The notes beneath the pieces were generated by a model. The model had not been told where the DNA came from. It saw only the letters and a program-made list of their open reading frames with translations, and did not search any database. Source: an uncultured Acidobacteriota bacterium (GTDB lineage: Bacteria > Acidobacteriota > Vicinamibacteria > Vicinamibacterales > 2-12-FULL-66-21). From it: DNA of 64,000 nt. This document shows positions 1-9,331 of the stretch, one piece after another. Made by a program: the position numbers and the translations under genes. Position 1 is the first letter of the stretch, and every line of letters starts with the position of its first letter. The stretch is taken from contig CAWEMY010000017.1 of NCBI GenBank assembly GCA_963810305.1, positions 350,219 to 414,218 on the forward strand, given 5' to 3'.

Positions 1-2828
1 AGACCGAGGAGTGCCAGACCGGTGCCGCGCGGGCTGCCCACCTCCTCGCTCGTCTGCACTCCCAGGCGAAAGGAGCGTTGCGCCGCAAGCGGATCGCCAG
101 CGACAAGCGCAGTCCAACCCATCTCGCAATGCACGCGGGCGACCTCCGGCTGATCGCCGATCGCGGCGAGTGATTCGAGCGCCTGGCTGTAGAGGGCGAG
201 CGCCCGCGCATGATCCCCCTTGGCGAAGGACATTTGAGCCAGGAAGCTGAGTGCTATACCGCCGCCTTCGCGGTCGTTCATCCGTTCCTGGATCCGGCGC
301 GCCTCCTCGACCAATGCGATGCCTGATGCCAGGTCACCGGTCACGAATAGCAGCATCCCTTTCATCGTCATCCCGAGCGCCTGCACGAAATCCGAGACGC
401 CACCCGCGCTCCGCGCGATTGCTTCGTCGAGCGCCGCACCCGCCTTCTCCATCCGCCCGAGGCTCAGGCAGCAGTAGCCGACACCCATTTGCCCTTCGGC
501 TGCTACTTCCGCATCGCCGATGGCCTTGCCATCCTCGTAACCTCCGGCCCACTCGCCTACCGAACGCTCCCATTCGCCGGTCGTGGTGGAGACCATTCCG
601 GCCGCCAGCTGGGCGAGCGCCCGGCCACGGCTCGGCGGAGCATTCGCAGCGAGCGCCAGCAGCGGGTCGAGGAGTACGCGCGCAGTGAAATGCTGCCCGC
701 CGATGTGCCAGAACCAGTTCAAGTGGCCGCAGAGGAGCAGTCCCTTCTCGAGCGCAGCCTTGTCGCCGGCGCTGGCGCAGCCGGTGAGCCACTGGATGGC
801 GGCTTGCGTGTTCGCGTTCTCGTTGCGGGCGCGCCGCAGGACGTCGAGCTGCTCCGTGCCGCGGATGCCGGCAGCGACGCCTGCTGCAAACCGCAGGTAG
901 TAATCCGCATGCGCATTCCGGGTGGCGTCCACTCCGCCGCCGGCGTGGAGCTGTTCGGACGAAAATGCGCGGATCGTCTCGAGCAGCGCATAACGTTCGC
1001 CCGAGCCGACCACGCGCACCAGACCCTTTTCGACCAGCGAGTTCAGCTCGTCCAGCGCGCGGTGGCGTTCGTCGTCGGCGTAGCAGACGTGTTCCATCGC
1101 TTCGAACGTCCAGCCTTCGTGGAAGCACGAGAGCCGGCGCAGCAGCTGCTGTTCGGCTGCGTCGAGCAGCGAGTAGCTCCAGCTGATCGTCGCCCGCAGT
1201 GTGCGCTGGCGCAGCGGGAGGTCCCGGTCGCCCGACGTCAGCAGGTCGAGGGCGTGGTCGAGCCGTCGCAGTAGTGCGGCGGGTTCAAGCACGCGCACTC
1301 GCGCCGCGGCGAGCTCCAGCGCCAGAGGCAGGCCGTCGAGCCGCCGGCAGATCGCCGCGACCACCGCTGAATTCGCTTCGGTGAGGGCGAAGTCCTGCTT
1401 GACCTTCAGGCCGCGCTGGAGGAACAGTGCGACCGAGGGGTTCTTCCTGAGCGCGTCGAGCGACGTCAGGCCCGCCGCCGGCAACTCGAGCGGCGGCAGG
1501 ACGAACTCGGTCTCGGCGCCGATCTTGAGCGGCGCACGGCTCGTCGCGATAACCTGAAGAGCCGGGCATCGTTCGACGAGTGCCGCGATCTCTTCGGCAA
1601 CGTCGATCACCTGCTCGAGGTTGTCGAGCACCATCAGCATCCGTCGCTGTCCGATCACGGTGGCGAGAGCATCGAGAGCCGACCGGCCGTGCGCCTCGGG
1701 GATCTCCAGGGCGCTGCCGACCGCCGGCAATACCGCCGACGCCGACGTCACCGACGCGAGTGACACGAATGCCGCGCCGCCGGGATACTCCGGTGCCAGC
1801 CGCCGGAATAGCTCGATGGAAAAGCGCGTTTTGCCCGTGCCACCGTATCCCGTAACGGTGAGAAGCCGCGCGCCTTCACGCACCCGCTGAACCGCCGCGT
1901 CCAGCGTTTGCTCACGGCCGAGCAAGGGCGTAGACGGCGTCGGCGGCGCCTTGAGGATCGTCGCGGCATCCCGAATCGTCCCGACGCGCCGCAGTTCGCT
2001 GCCCACATCGCGTGCGGTCTGGAAACGCGCGCCGGGCTCCTTTTCCAGACAGCGCGTGACAATGCGCTGGAGATCGGCGGGAGCGTCGGCCCGTATTCCT
2101 GACAGCGAAGTGGGGGTGTCGCGGAGAATCGCGCTGCTGATCAGACCGACGGTTGCCCCCTCGAACGGCCGGCGCCCGGTCGCCAGCTCGTAGAGGACGA
2201 TGCCGAGGGCGAACAGGTCCGTACGGCTGTCGACCGCCTCGCCACGCAACTGCTCGGGCGCCATGTACGGCACGGTGCCGACGACCTGACCGGTCGCCGA
2301 CAGTGGTGCGACCGTCGCCGCCTGTGCGGCCGCGAGATCGGCGTTCGAGTCTGCCAACTTGGCGAGCCCGAAGTCGAGCACCTTCACTCGCCCGTCGCTG
2401 GTGAGCATGACATTCGCGGGCTTCAGATCGCGATGGACCACGCCCTTATCGTGCGCTGCCGCCAGCGCATCGGCGATGGCGATGCCAAGCTCCACGACAC
2501 GTGCGACCGGGAGGCCGCCCGGTGTCACCTGTCGATCGAGCCCCTCCCCCTCGACCAGCTCCATCGTCAGGAACCGGACGCCGTCCTCATCCTCGACCGA
2601 ATAGAGCGTGACGATATTGGGATGGTTGAGGCCGGCGACAGTGCGCGCCTCGTGTTCGAATCGCGCCAGGCGGTCGGCGTTCGCGGCCATGCCGGCAGGC
2701 AGTACCTTGAGCGCGACGTCCCGTCCGAGCCGGCTATCCCGCGCCCGGTACACCTCTCCCATGCCGCCCGCGCCGATCGGGGCGACGATCTGGTACTTAC
2801 CGAGTTGCGTGCCGGCGGAAATGAGCAT
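1..2828 (-). CDS. Ser/Thr protein kinase fused to STAND-type ATPase with probable C-terminal helical repeats (3' end runs off window)
   Basis: Read manually (absent from the ORF track because it has no stop in the window): [45 protein letters not shown], then Walker A TGYGGTGKT (~1830-1860), Walker B MVLDNLEQ and LDGLPLALELAAAR. Confidence 0.9.
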   Translation of the reverse strand, partial: MLISAGTQLGKYQIVAPIGAGGMGEVYRARDSRLGRDVALKVLPAGMAANADRLARFEHEARTVAGLNHPNIVTLYSVEDEDGVRFLTMELVEGEGLDRQVTPGGLPVARVVELGIAIADALAAAHDKGVVHRDLKPANVMLTSDGRVKVLDFGLAKLADSNADLAAAQAATVAPLSATGQVVGTVPYMAPEQLRGEAVDSRTDLFALGIVLYELATGRRPFEGATVGLISSAILRDTPTSLSGIRADAPADLQRIVTRCLEKEPGARFQTARDVGSELRRVGTIRDAATILKAPPTPSTPLLGREQTLDAAVQRVREGARLLTVTGYGGTGKTRFSIELFRRLAPEYPGGAAFVSLASVTSASAVLPAVGSALEIPEAHGRSALDALATVIGQRRMLMVLDNLEQVIDVAEEIAALVERCPALQVIATSRAPLKIGAETEFVLPPLELPAAGLTSLDALRKNPSVALFLQRGLKVKQDFALTEANSAVVAAICRRLDGLPLALELAAARVRVLEPAALLRRLDHALDLLTSGDRDLPLRQRTLRATISWSYSLLDAAEQQLLRRLSCFHEGWTFEAMEHVCYADDERHRALDELNSLVEKGLVRVVGSGERYALLETIRAFSSEQLHAGGGVDATRNAHADYYLRFAAGVAAGIRGTEQLDVLRRARNENANTQAAIQWLTGCASAGDKAALEKGLLLCGHLNWFWHIGGQHFTARVLLDPLLALAANAPPSRGRALAQLAAGMVSTTTGEWERSVGEWAGGYEDGKAIGDAEVAAEGQMGVGYCCLSLGRMEKAGAALDEAIARSAGGVSDFVQALGMTMKGMLLFVTGDLASGIALVEEARRIQERMNDREGGGIALSFLAQMSFAKGDHARALALYSQALESLAAIGDQPEVARVHCEMGWTALVAGDPLAAQRSFRLGVQTSEEVGSPRGTGLALLG

Positions 2829-2832
2829 AGGA

Positions 2833-2959
2833 GTTCGCAGTTCGCAGTTCGCGGTGCGCGGGGCGCGGGGCGCGGGTCGCGGTGCGCAGTTCGCGTTCGC
2901 GGTTCGCGGTTCGCAGTTCGCAGTTAGTTTAGTAGTTAGTAGTTAGAAGTTAGAAGTTA
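2833..2959. repeat. Bipartite heptamer tandem tract (GTTCGCR/GGGCGCG, then GTTAGWA)
   Basis: gttcgcagttcgcagttcgcgg...gttcgcggttcgcggttcgcagttcgcagttag...gttagtagttagaagttagaagtta; the stop codon of the 2957-5083 gene lies in the last unit. Confidence 0.9.
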
Positions 2960-5083
2960 TCGCTTCTGCACTCTTAGATAATCGATCGCTGCGGCAAGGG
3001 GACGTGGGTCCCCACCCAGACCGACGTCGGCGGGCCGCGTGGCGCGGGCGAATTGTAACCTCACGCGGTTGATGCCGGCGCGCCAGGGCCGTTCTTCCGT
3101 GACGAACTCGATCGTCGTCCATTCCGGTGGAGCGTTGAGGCCGGAGGCGACCAGTGTTTCGTTCACGTAGACACTCAGCGATTGTGGCGGCGCTCCGGCA
3201 TAGTTGAAGGCCTGCGCGCGGACCTGCACGGCCAGGCTCGCGGCATGGTCGAGCGGGACCAACAGTGTTGCGGGCGTGGCAACCCAGCGGAACGTGATGG
3301 AGCCGTCACGTTCGGGCTGGTGCCACCCTTCTCCCAGAAGGAGCTCATCACCGCTGCCGATATCGACGCGTCCGTAGGGGCGGGTTGGATCCCCGAGAAA
3401 GCGGTTTGCGGCGAGCAGGTCGTACGATCCGATCGGCAGTCCGTTGCGCGCCGCGAACACGAGGCTCGCGGGATACGTGAACGGATTGCCGAACCAGCCG
3501 TGGACCACACGCGCCTGGTAGGCGCCCGCTTCGCCGAACGACACCGGTTCGCCGATTCGTACCTGGCCGTCCTGGGCGACTTTCATCAGCGAGACGTTCC
3601 ATAGCGCGAGGAGCGCGCACGCGGCGACGACGACGGTGCCGGGGCGCCGGCTGGTCCAGCGGATCGCCCGTTCACCGAGCGCAGCGGCGCCGAGAGCGAA
3701 TAGCGGAATCGTCCCGTCGAACCGGCGTCCACCGAACCCGGCGCTGCCCCACCAGTCCTGAATCGACGCGTTGAAATAGACCATTACGCCGAGGCAGAGA
3801 AGCACTGCGAGACCGACGGGTGGACGCATCCACGCAAAGATGAACAGGCCGATCGCTCCGAGATAGAGCGCGGGCGACCAGCTGAGAAGTCCATTGCGCG
3901 AGGACCACAGGATGTCGACGAGTTGCGGATCCCAAAGGCGAATCTGCGGCCCGACCGGGGACACGGCCAGGAACTTGCCATAAATTGCGCGCCAGGCGAG
4001 CATCTGCGGGAGGAAACCGACGATCGCGCAGGCGGTGAACGCGACCCCTGCGATCAGCGTTTCGCGAACGCGCTGATTGTCCTTCCGGCGATAGCCGTCC
4101 AGCGAGCAGTGATCGAGCGCGTCGCACATCGGGAGCAGGGCGAAAAGGACGTTCTGCCAGCGGATCAGTCCGATGAATCCGGCCAGCGCGCCGAGCAGCG
4201 CCCATTGCCGCAGGGTCCGGTTCTCGCGCGTCGCCGCCCACATCCAGATGAACGCCGCCGCCCCCGCCATCGACGGCGCGTGCGTCATGCTCGGCTCTTT
4301 GACGATGTACCAGAGCATGAAGGAACCGATGACGACGAAAGCAGTCGCCATGGCCGCGAGCCCGCGAGCGAAATAGAGCGACACCAGCCGCCATGTGAAC
4401 CAGCAGCCAAGCAGGCCATACACCAGGCCTGCGATACATAGCGCCTGTCGGTAGGGAAAGGAAACGCCGTTGGTGCTGACGTCCGGGTTTCGTGCGCCGA
4501 GCCCTTTGGCGACGGCATGGCCGCCGATGAAGAACGGCGCCCAGACGAACGCAGGACCGATCGTCCACGCAGACTGCGCGTAGCCGGTCGGCGTCGGATT
4601 GAACAGGTGCGCCTTGTCGCCAAGGCCGAGCATCTTGTAGTCGTTGGTGAAATTCACGTCCTGGTCGAAGGCGAGCGATCGCAGGTAGGCGTAGTAGTAG
4701 AAGCCATCGCTCTGCAGCCGCGCCCCGAGTTGAAGCTGCAGCGCGACACCGAGGGTGAACAGGACGGCGAAGAGAACCGGCGTCTTCGTAGAGGCCGCCT
4801 TCAGGCGGCCGGTGTCGGGCCGGCTGCCTTCGACTGCGCTCAGGCCAGGAAAGCCGGCCCCTACCGACAATACGATCGCCCCCACAACCGCCACCGCGAC
4901 CATCGTCCAGACAGAAAAGTTCCCGCCCGAGATCCCGGCAACGATCGACTTTCGAGCGACTTCACGCGAGACGAGCTCGAGCGCCGCGAGGCCGATGAGG
5001 GCCCATCCCGCACCCCGCATCCCGCGTTCCGCATCCCGCATCCCGCGTTCCGCATCCCGCATTCCGCGTCCCGCATCCCGCAT
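2957..5083 (-). CDS. Multi-TM GT-C-like glycosyltransferase with C-terminal extracytoplasmic beta-rich domain
   Basis: 708 aa, many TM helices, loop motif LQSDGFYYYAYLRSLAFDQD, late WWGSAGFGGRRF motif; ATG directly follows the TAA of the upstream gene. Confidence 0.75.
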   Translation of the reverse strand: MRDAGRGMRDAERGMRDAERGMRGAGWALIGLAALELVSREVARKSIVAGISGGNFSVWTMVAVAVVGAIVLSVGAGFPGLSAVEGSRPDTGRLKAASTKTPVLFAVLFTLGVALQLQLGARLQSDGFYYYAYLRSLAFDQDVNFTNDYKMLGLGDKAHLFNPTPTGYAQSAWTIGPAFVWAPFFIGGHAVAKGLGARNPDVSTNGVSFPYRQALCIAGLVYGLLGCWFTWRLVSLYFARGLAAMATAFVVIGSFMLWYIVKEPSMTHAPSMAGAAAFIWMWAATRENRTLRQWALLGALAGFIGLIRWQNVLFALLPMCDALDHCSLDGYRRKDNQRVRETLIAGVAFTACAIVGFLPQMLAWRAIYGKFLAVSPVGPQIRLWDPQLVDILWSSRNGLLSWSPALYLGAIGLFIFAWMRPPVGLAVLLCLGVMVYFNASIQDWWGSAGFGGRRFDGTIPLFALGAAALGERAIRWTSRRPGTVVVAACALLALWNVSLMKVAQDGQVRIGEPVSFGEAGAYQARVVHGWFGNPFTYPASLVFAARNGLPIGSYDLLAANRFLGDPTRPYGRVDIGSGDELLLGEGWHQPERDGSITFRWVATPATLLVPLDHAASLAVQVRAQAFNYAGAPPQSLSVYVNETLVASGLNAPPEWTTIEFVTEERPWRAGINRVRLQFARATRPADVGLGGDPRPLAAAIDYLRVQKR
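4788..4864. repeat. Inverted pair of GTAG-type REP palindromes inside a CDS, one with a nested CCTGAGCGCAGTCGAAGG insert
   Basis: GTAGAGGCCGCCTTCAGGCGGCC on +; GTAGGGGCCGGCTTT[cctggcctgagcgcagtcgaagg]CAGCCGGCCC on -. Confidence 0.75.
5006..5083. repeat. Heptamer tract (CCGCATC/CCGCGTT) forming a 21-nt higher-order repeat
   Basis: cccgcaccccgcatcccgcgttccgcatcccgcatcccgcgttccgcatccc...; translates MRDAGRG-MRDAERG-MRDAERG-MRGAG. Confidence 0.9.
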
Positions 5084-6616
5084 TTACGGTTCCACCTTGT
5101 AGATGATCATCTCGGGCCATGGATACCCGCGGGGAGGTGTGAAGCGCGCAACTTCGCGCATCCGGGAAAACAACGCGCGGTACTCTCCGTATTCGCGCGG
5201 GAACTTCTGTGGAGACTCGAAGTACGGGCCGTAGCATTGCGACGAGGCGACGATGTAGTCGACACCCTGGGCGACGTAGTCCTGATACGTCAGATCGCGA
5301 AGCTGCCGGACGTTCGTGCCTTTGAACGATCGCGTCGGCGCCACAAGATTTCTCGCCTCGATCACTACCGTGTCATCTCCCGGGACGTTCGACATGATCC
5401 ATTGGTAGGTGTGCCGCACAGTGGCAGCCCCATGGGTACGGTTGAAGCCGATTGCCTGAATACCGGGTGGAACAATCACGCCGACGGCCAACGCGACAAT
5501 CAGAGCCGTCCGCACCACCCGCGGGATTGAAAACCGGCGCAGGAGATTCACTCCGGCAACAACCGCGACGGCGGCGAAGATGCAGAGGAATGGGACCAGC
5601 GGTAATACGTAGCGTCCGAAGACCATCGCCTGGCGCGAAATGAACCAGAAGAAGATGAGCGGAAACACGACTGCCAGCGTCCAGCGAACCCGGCCCGGTC
5701 CATTGATGGCCCGGACGGCACCAAAGATCAGACCGCCGATGATGGCGAGCATCCCCGGCCACCAGAAGGCGTTCAACAGATGCTTGAGATACGTGATGGC
5801 CGGGGCATCCGGTGGATGCTTGCCAGCGTAGCTCCTCATCAGTACGGCATACCCGTTGAGAAACCCTGGCAGGTCGAGCACCGTGTACGGCGCCGCCAGA
5901 AGAAAAGCCCCCGCGGCACCACCGACTGCGGCGAGCGCACCGGCGAGACGCGATGGCCGCACGCCGTGCGTCATCCAGGCGGCGATCAGCGGCAGCAACA
6001 GCACGAGGGCACCTGTGTACTTCGTGGCTGCGGCAAGGCCAGCGGCAGCACCGGCCAGCAGAAACGCCATGGCGCGCGCCTGTTCATGGGCGCGTAACGC
6101 AAGCAAGAAGGCCAGGGTCACGAAAAACGTCACCGGCACGTCGGTGAGGACGTAATGCGACTCCCGAACGTGCAGCGGCATCACCGCCATCAAACTCGCG
6201 GCGACGAGTGCGTAGCGCGTCCCCCAGCGCAGGCCGATGAAGTACACCAGCGCGACGGTTGCGGTGCCCAGCGTGGCGGTGACGGCGCGGGCCCACAGGT
6301 AGAACTGTTCAGGACGCGCATCCGCCAGGGTGTACCACTCGCCTCCCATTGCTCCGCTCAGAAACCGCAGGCACGCGACCGCGAGCTGGACGTAGATGTA
6401 GAAAGCGGGGTAGTCATAGAACCGGGGGTTGAAATCGCCGGAGCGCATCATCCCAAGCGCGCGGTCCATGATCTCCGGTTCGTCGACGCTCAGCGAATAG
6501 GGAAGGCCAGCCCCGAGGGACCAGAAACGCAACACCGCCGCCGCCACCACGATTGTCGCGAACGTTGCGGTCGATTTCCGCATGTCGCTCGCTTCGCGCC
6601 ACTCGCGCTCAGTCAT
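5084..6616 (-). CDS. ArnT/PMT (GT39/GT83-like) membrane glycosyltransferase
   Basis: 510 aa, DEP motif after the first TM (SVDEPEIM), DFNPRFYDYP, SHYVLTDVP, AATKY, ~11 TM helices. Confidence 0.85.
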   Translation of the reverse strand: MTEREWREASDMRKSTATFATIVVAAAVLRFWSLGAGLPYSLSVDEPEIMDRALGMMRSGDFNPRFYDYPAFYIYVQLAVACLRFLSGAMGGEWYTLADARPEQFYLWARAVTATLGTATVALVYFIGLRWGTRYALVAASLMAVMPLHVRESHYVLTDVPVTFFVTLAFLLALRAHEQARAMAFLLAGAAAGLAAATKYTGALVLLLPLIAAWMTHGVRPSRLAGALAAVGGAAGAFLLAAPYTVLDLPGFLNGYAVLMRSYAGKHPPDAPAITYLKHLLNAFWWPGMLAIIGGLIFGAVRAINGPGRVRWTLAVVFPLIFFWFISRQAMVFGRYVLPLVPFLCIFAAVAVVAGVNLLRRFSIPRVVRTALIVALAVGVIVPPGIQAIGFNRTHGAATVRHTYQWIMSNVPGDDTVVIEARNLVAPTRSFKGTNVRQLRDLTYQDYVAQGVDYIVASSQCYGPYFESPQKFPREYGEYRALFSRMREVARFTPPRGYPWPEMIIYKVEP

Positions 6617-6650
6617 TCACAACTCTTCTCGTCATCGTCCTCTCGTCTGC

Positions 6651-6879
6651 GTAGTCCAGCCCTTCAGGGCTGCCCCATCGGAAGAGCGTCCAGCCCTTCA
6701 GGGCTGTCCCATCGGAAGAGCGTCCAGCCCTTCAGGGCTGCTTCGTTAACGCGGCCCGTGAACACGGCAGCCCTAAAGGGCTGGACTACGACAGCACCCT
6801 AAAGGGCTGGACGCCCTTCGATGGTCAGCCCTAAAGGGCTGGACGCCCTTCGATGGTCAGCCCTAAAGGGCTGGACTAC
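6651..6879. repeat. REP/BIME-like cluster of seven CAGCCC-TTYA-GGGCTG palindromes (3 forward, 4 reverse)
   Basis: Starts GTAGTCCAGCCCTTCAGGGCTG and ends CAGCCCTAAAGGGCTGGACTAC; 34-nt and ~32-nt periods with near-identical linkers; lies between divergent genes. Confidence 0.9.
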
Positions 6880-6907
6880 GGGATAAAATTTCCCAGCACA
6901 ACCGTAC

Positions 6908-7661
6908 ATGGACCGTCTTTTAGAAGCAACGCGCCGCGCGGAACAACGCCATTTCTGGTTTCGCGGTTTTCGCGCCTTCGTCCGCCCACTCATTGCCGAC
7001 GCGGTCGCCGGCCTGCCATCGGCGAGGATCCTCGACTGCGGATGCGGCACCGGCGCGAATCTTGTCATGCTTGGCGAATACGGCCGCTCCTACGGTTTCG
7101 ACATCAGCTGGGACGGGCTTCAATTCGCACGCGATTACGGTCAGGCCGCGATCGCGCACGCGTCGATCACCCACATCCCGTTCCGCGACGCCAGTTTCGA
7201 CGTCGTGACAGCGTTCGACGTGTTGTACTCCCTCTCGGAAGAACAGGAAGTGGCGGCCGTCGAGGAAGATCTTCCGCGTTCTCCGTCCTGGCGGTTCCCT
7301 CATCGTCAACGTCGCCGCTCTGAAGATCCTTCGCGGCAGTCATTCGGTCTTCGGCGCCGAGCTCCGCCGCTCCACGCGTCGCCGGTTGCGCGCGCTTCTC
7401 TCTGGGCACGGCTTCGACGTCCAGCGACTCACGTATACCAACTTTGCGCTTTTCCCTCTGATGCTTGCCGTGCGCACCGGCCAACGCGTCATGGGTCTCG
7501 CGACGCCGGAAGAGAGTGGAGGAGACATCGTCGTGCCGGCGACGGTATTGAACGAGACCCTTTCTGCGATGCTGGAGCTCGAAGCGACGGCATTACGGCG
7601 TATCGACATGCCGATCGGCAGCTCCCTCCTGTGCGTCGCGCGCCGCCCGCCAGCGGGTTAG
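6908..7661 (+). CDS. Class I SAM-dependent methyltransferase (frameshift near 7262)
   Basis: HFWFRG, motif I ILDCGCGTG, IPFRDASFDVVTAFDVL; continues in a second frame (ORF 7386-7661, ending MPIGSSLLCVARR). Confidence 0.85.
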
Positions 7662-8099
7662 GAGCGGCGCCGTGACGAAGTAGGCGGCGATCCCCAGGAC
7701 GATCGCGCCCGCGATGGACCCCACGAGAAAACTCCAGAAGAACGGTGCGACCAGGTCGAACGCCTGCGATCGGAACTCCCTGCTGTAGAACGACAACTCC
7801 ATCAGCGCGTCGAACCTCCGGCCGAAGTCAGCAGCAATCGGCCGATTCAGCATCAATCCGCCGGCGATCGTCGTCAGCGTGTACCACGGCACAATGATCC
7901 ATGGCAGGTTCACGCACAGGCCGATGAACACTGCCGGACGGTTCAATCTGAGGAGAAACGCGGCGGTCATGCCGACCAGGATCTGCAGTCCGAGGAACGG
8001 GGAGAAACTGAGAAATACTCCGAGGGCAAAGGCGGCCGCCGTCCGTCGCGGCGACTCCGAGCTCCCCGCCAGCTTCTCGACGACAGCACGCCAGTTCAT
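7593..8099 (-). CDS. DUF2062-family membrane protein
   Basis: ESPRRTAAAFALGVFLSFSPFLGLQ...VNLPWIIVPWY...FLVGS; ATG overlaps the upstream GT4 stop. Confidence 0.8.
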   Translation of the reverse strand: MNWRAVVEKLAGSSESPRRTAAAFALGVFLSFSPFLGLQILVGMTAAFLLRLNRPAVFIGLCVNLPWIIVPWYTLTTIAGGLMLNRPIAADFGRRFDALMELSFYSREFRSQAFDLVAPFFWSFLVGSIAGAIVLGIAAYFVTAPLLTRWRAARDAQEGAADRHVDTP

Positions 8100-9331
8100 C
8101 GAGCGGCTGCTCCTCGAGCGAGCAGTTCGGCGTAGAGCGAGAGCGTTTTGTCTGCCGCGGACGTCCACGAGAACTCGGCTTCGACGATCTCCCGACCCGC
8201 GTTCCCCATTTCTGCGAGACGCTGAGGATCCTCGAGCGCGCCACTGATTGCGGCCGCGAGCGAGGATGCGTCTCCTGCCGCGACGACCCAGCCGTTGATG
8301 CCGTTTTTCACCTTGTCAGGCAGGCCTCCAGCATTGGTGACGACGCAGGCGCGACGGTGAGCCATGGCCTCGAGCGTGACGAGCGAGCTGCCCTCGTACA
8401 GCGTCGGGTGGACGAAGAGGTCCGCCGCCTCGTACCACGCGTGCAGCTCTCGATCCTCCAGACGACCCGCAAGGATCACGTTCTGGGTGAGCCCGGCGTC
8501 GCTGACAATCTTTTCGAGCCGGGCGCGAAAAGGTCCGGCGCCGACAATCACCCAGCGCCATGGTTCTCGCGCGATACGGCCCGAGTGCTCCTTCAGAGCG
8601 GCGAGAGCGGCGGCAAGGATGTGAAATCCCTTGTTCTCTTCGAGCCGTCCGACGCTCAGGAGCGTTATCGCTCCGGTCTTCAGAGGCGCACCGTCGGCGG
8701 GGCCCGCCAACGCATCGACCTGCATCAGATCCAGCGCGTTCGGGATCGTATGGATCTTCTCGTCCGGAATGCCCAGATGCGCGCGCACCGCCGGCTCCAG
8801 TGCGCGGTCGGTGGCGATGACGGCATCCGCTCGGCGCGCGCAGGCGATAACGGCGCGGCGCAGCGGCAGGTAGCCGAGGCGCTTGAGCGGCGCCCTCGAA
8901 GGATCCGTCGCGCCAAACTCTTCGAGCCCCTGCGGATTCAAGACCAGCGGCGCCGGCAATGAACGCCGCCGGCGCGCGTAGCCGAGGACGCTCGCGCCGA
9001 AGCCATGGACGATGTCCGCCTCGCCGCGTTCGACCATTTCGGCCGAAAGGGCGCCGGCGCGAAGACCGAACAGCGGATACGCCGTGCTCCGATCGATGAC
9101 CGTCGTGCCACGGCGTCCTGCGCCAGGGAACGTCCGGTACGGCACGAACCGAACCGCAACCCGCGGATGGATCGCATCAGCCGCGACCTCATGGAGCGGT
9201 GTGCGCGTGATGACCGTGACCTGCGCATCCCGCATCGCCAGATGCCGCGCCAGGTCGTAGACGCTGCGCTCGAGGCCCCCCAGGCCGTGGATCGGAAACA
9301 CCGAGCGCGCGACGACAACGACGCGGATCAT
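8096..9331 (-). CDS. Glycosyltransferase family 4 (GT-B)
   Basis: GGLERSV, SVGRLEENKG, EGSSLVTLEAMA (EX7E). Confidence 0.92.
   Translation of the reverse strand: MIRVVVVARSVFPIHGLGGLERSVYDLARHLAMRDAQVTVITRTPLHEVAADAIHPRVAVRFVPYRTFPGAGRRGTTVIDRSTAYPLFGLRAGALSAEMVERGEADIVHGFGASVLGYARRRRSLPAPLVLNPQGLEEFGATDPSRAPLKRLGYLPLRRAVIACARRADAVIATDRALEPAVRAHLGIPDEKIHTIPNALDLMQVDALAGPADGAPLKTGAITLLSVGRLEENKGFHILAAALAALKEHSGRIAREPWRWVIVGAGPFRARLEKIVSDAGLTQNVILAGRLEDRELHAWYEAADLFVHPTLYEGSSLVTLEAMAHRRACVVTNAGGLPDKVKNGINGWVVAAGDASSLAAAISGALEDPQRLAEMGNAGREIVEAEFSWTSAADKTLSLYAELLARGAAAR

Noticed and set aside
6651-6879. CRISPR-like periodic palindromes
   Set aside because: Linkers are short and near-identical, orientation flips mid-array and there are no cas genes; fits REP/BIME.
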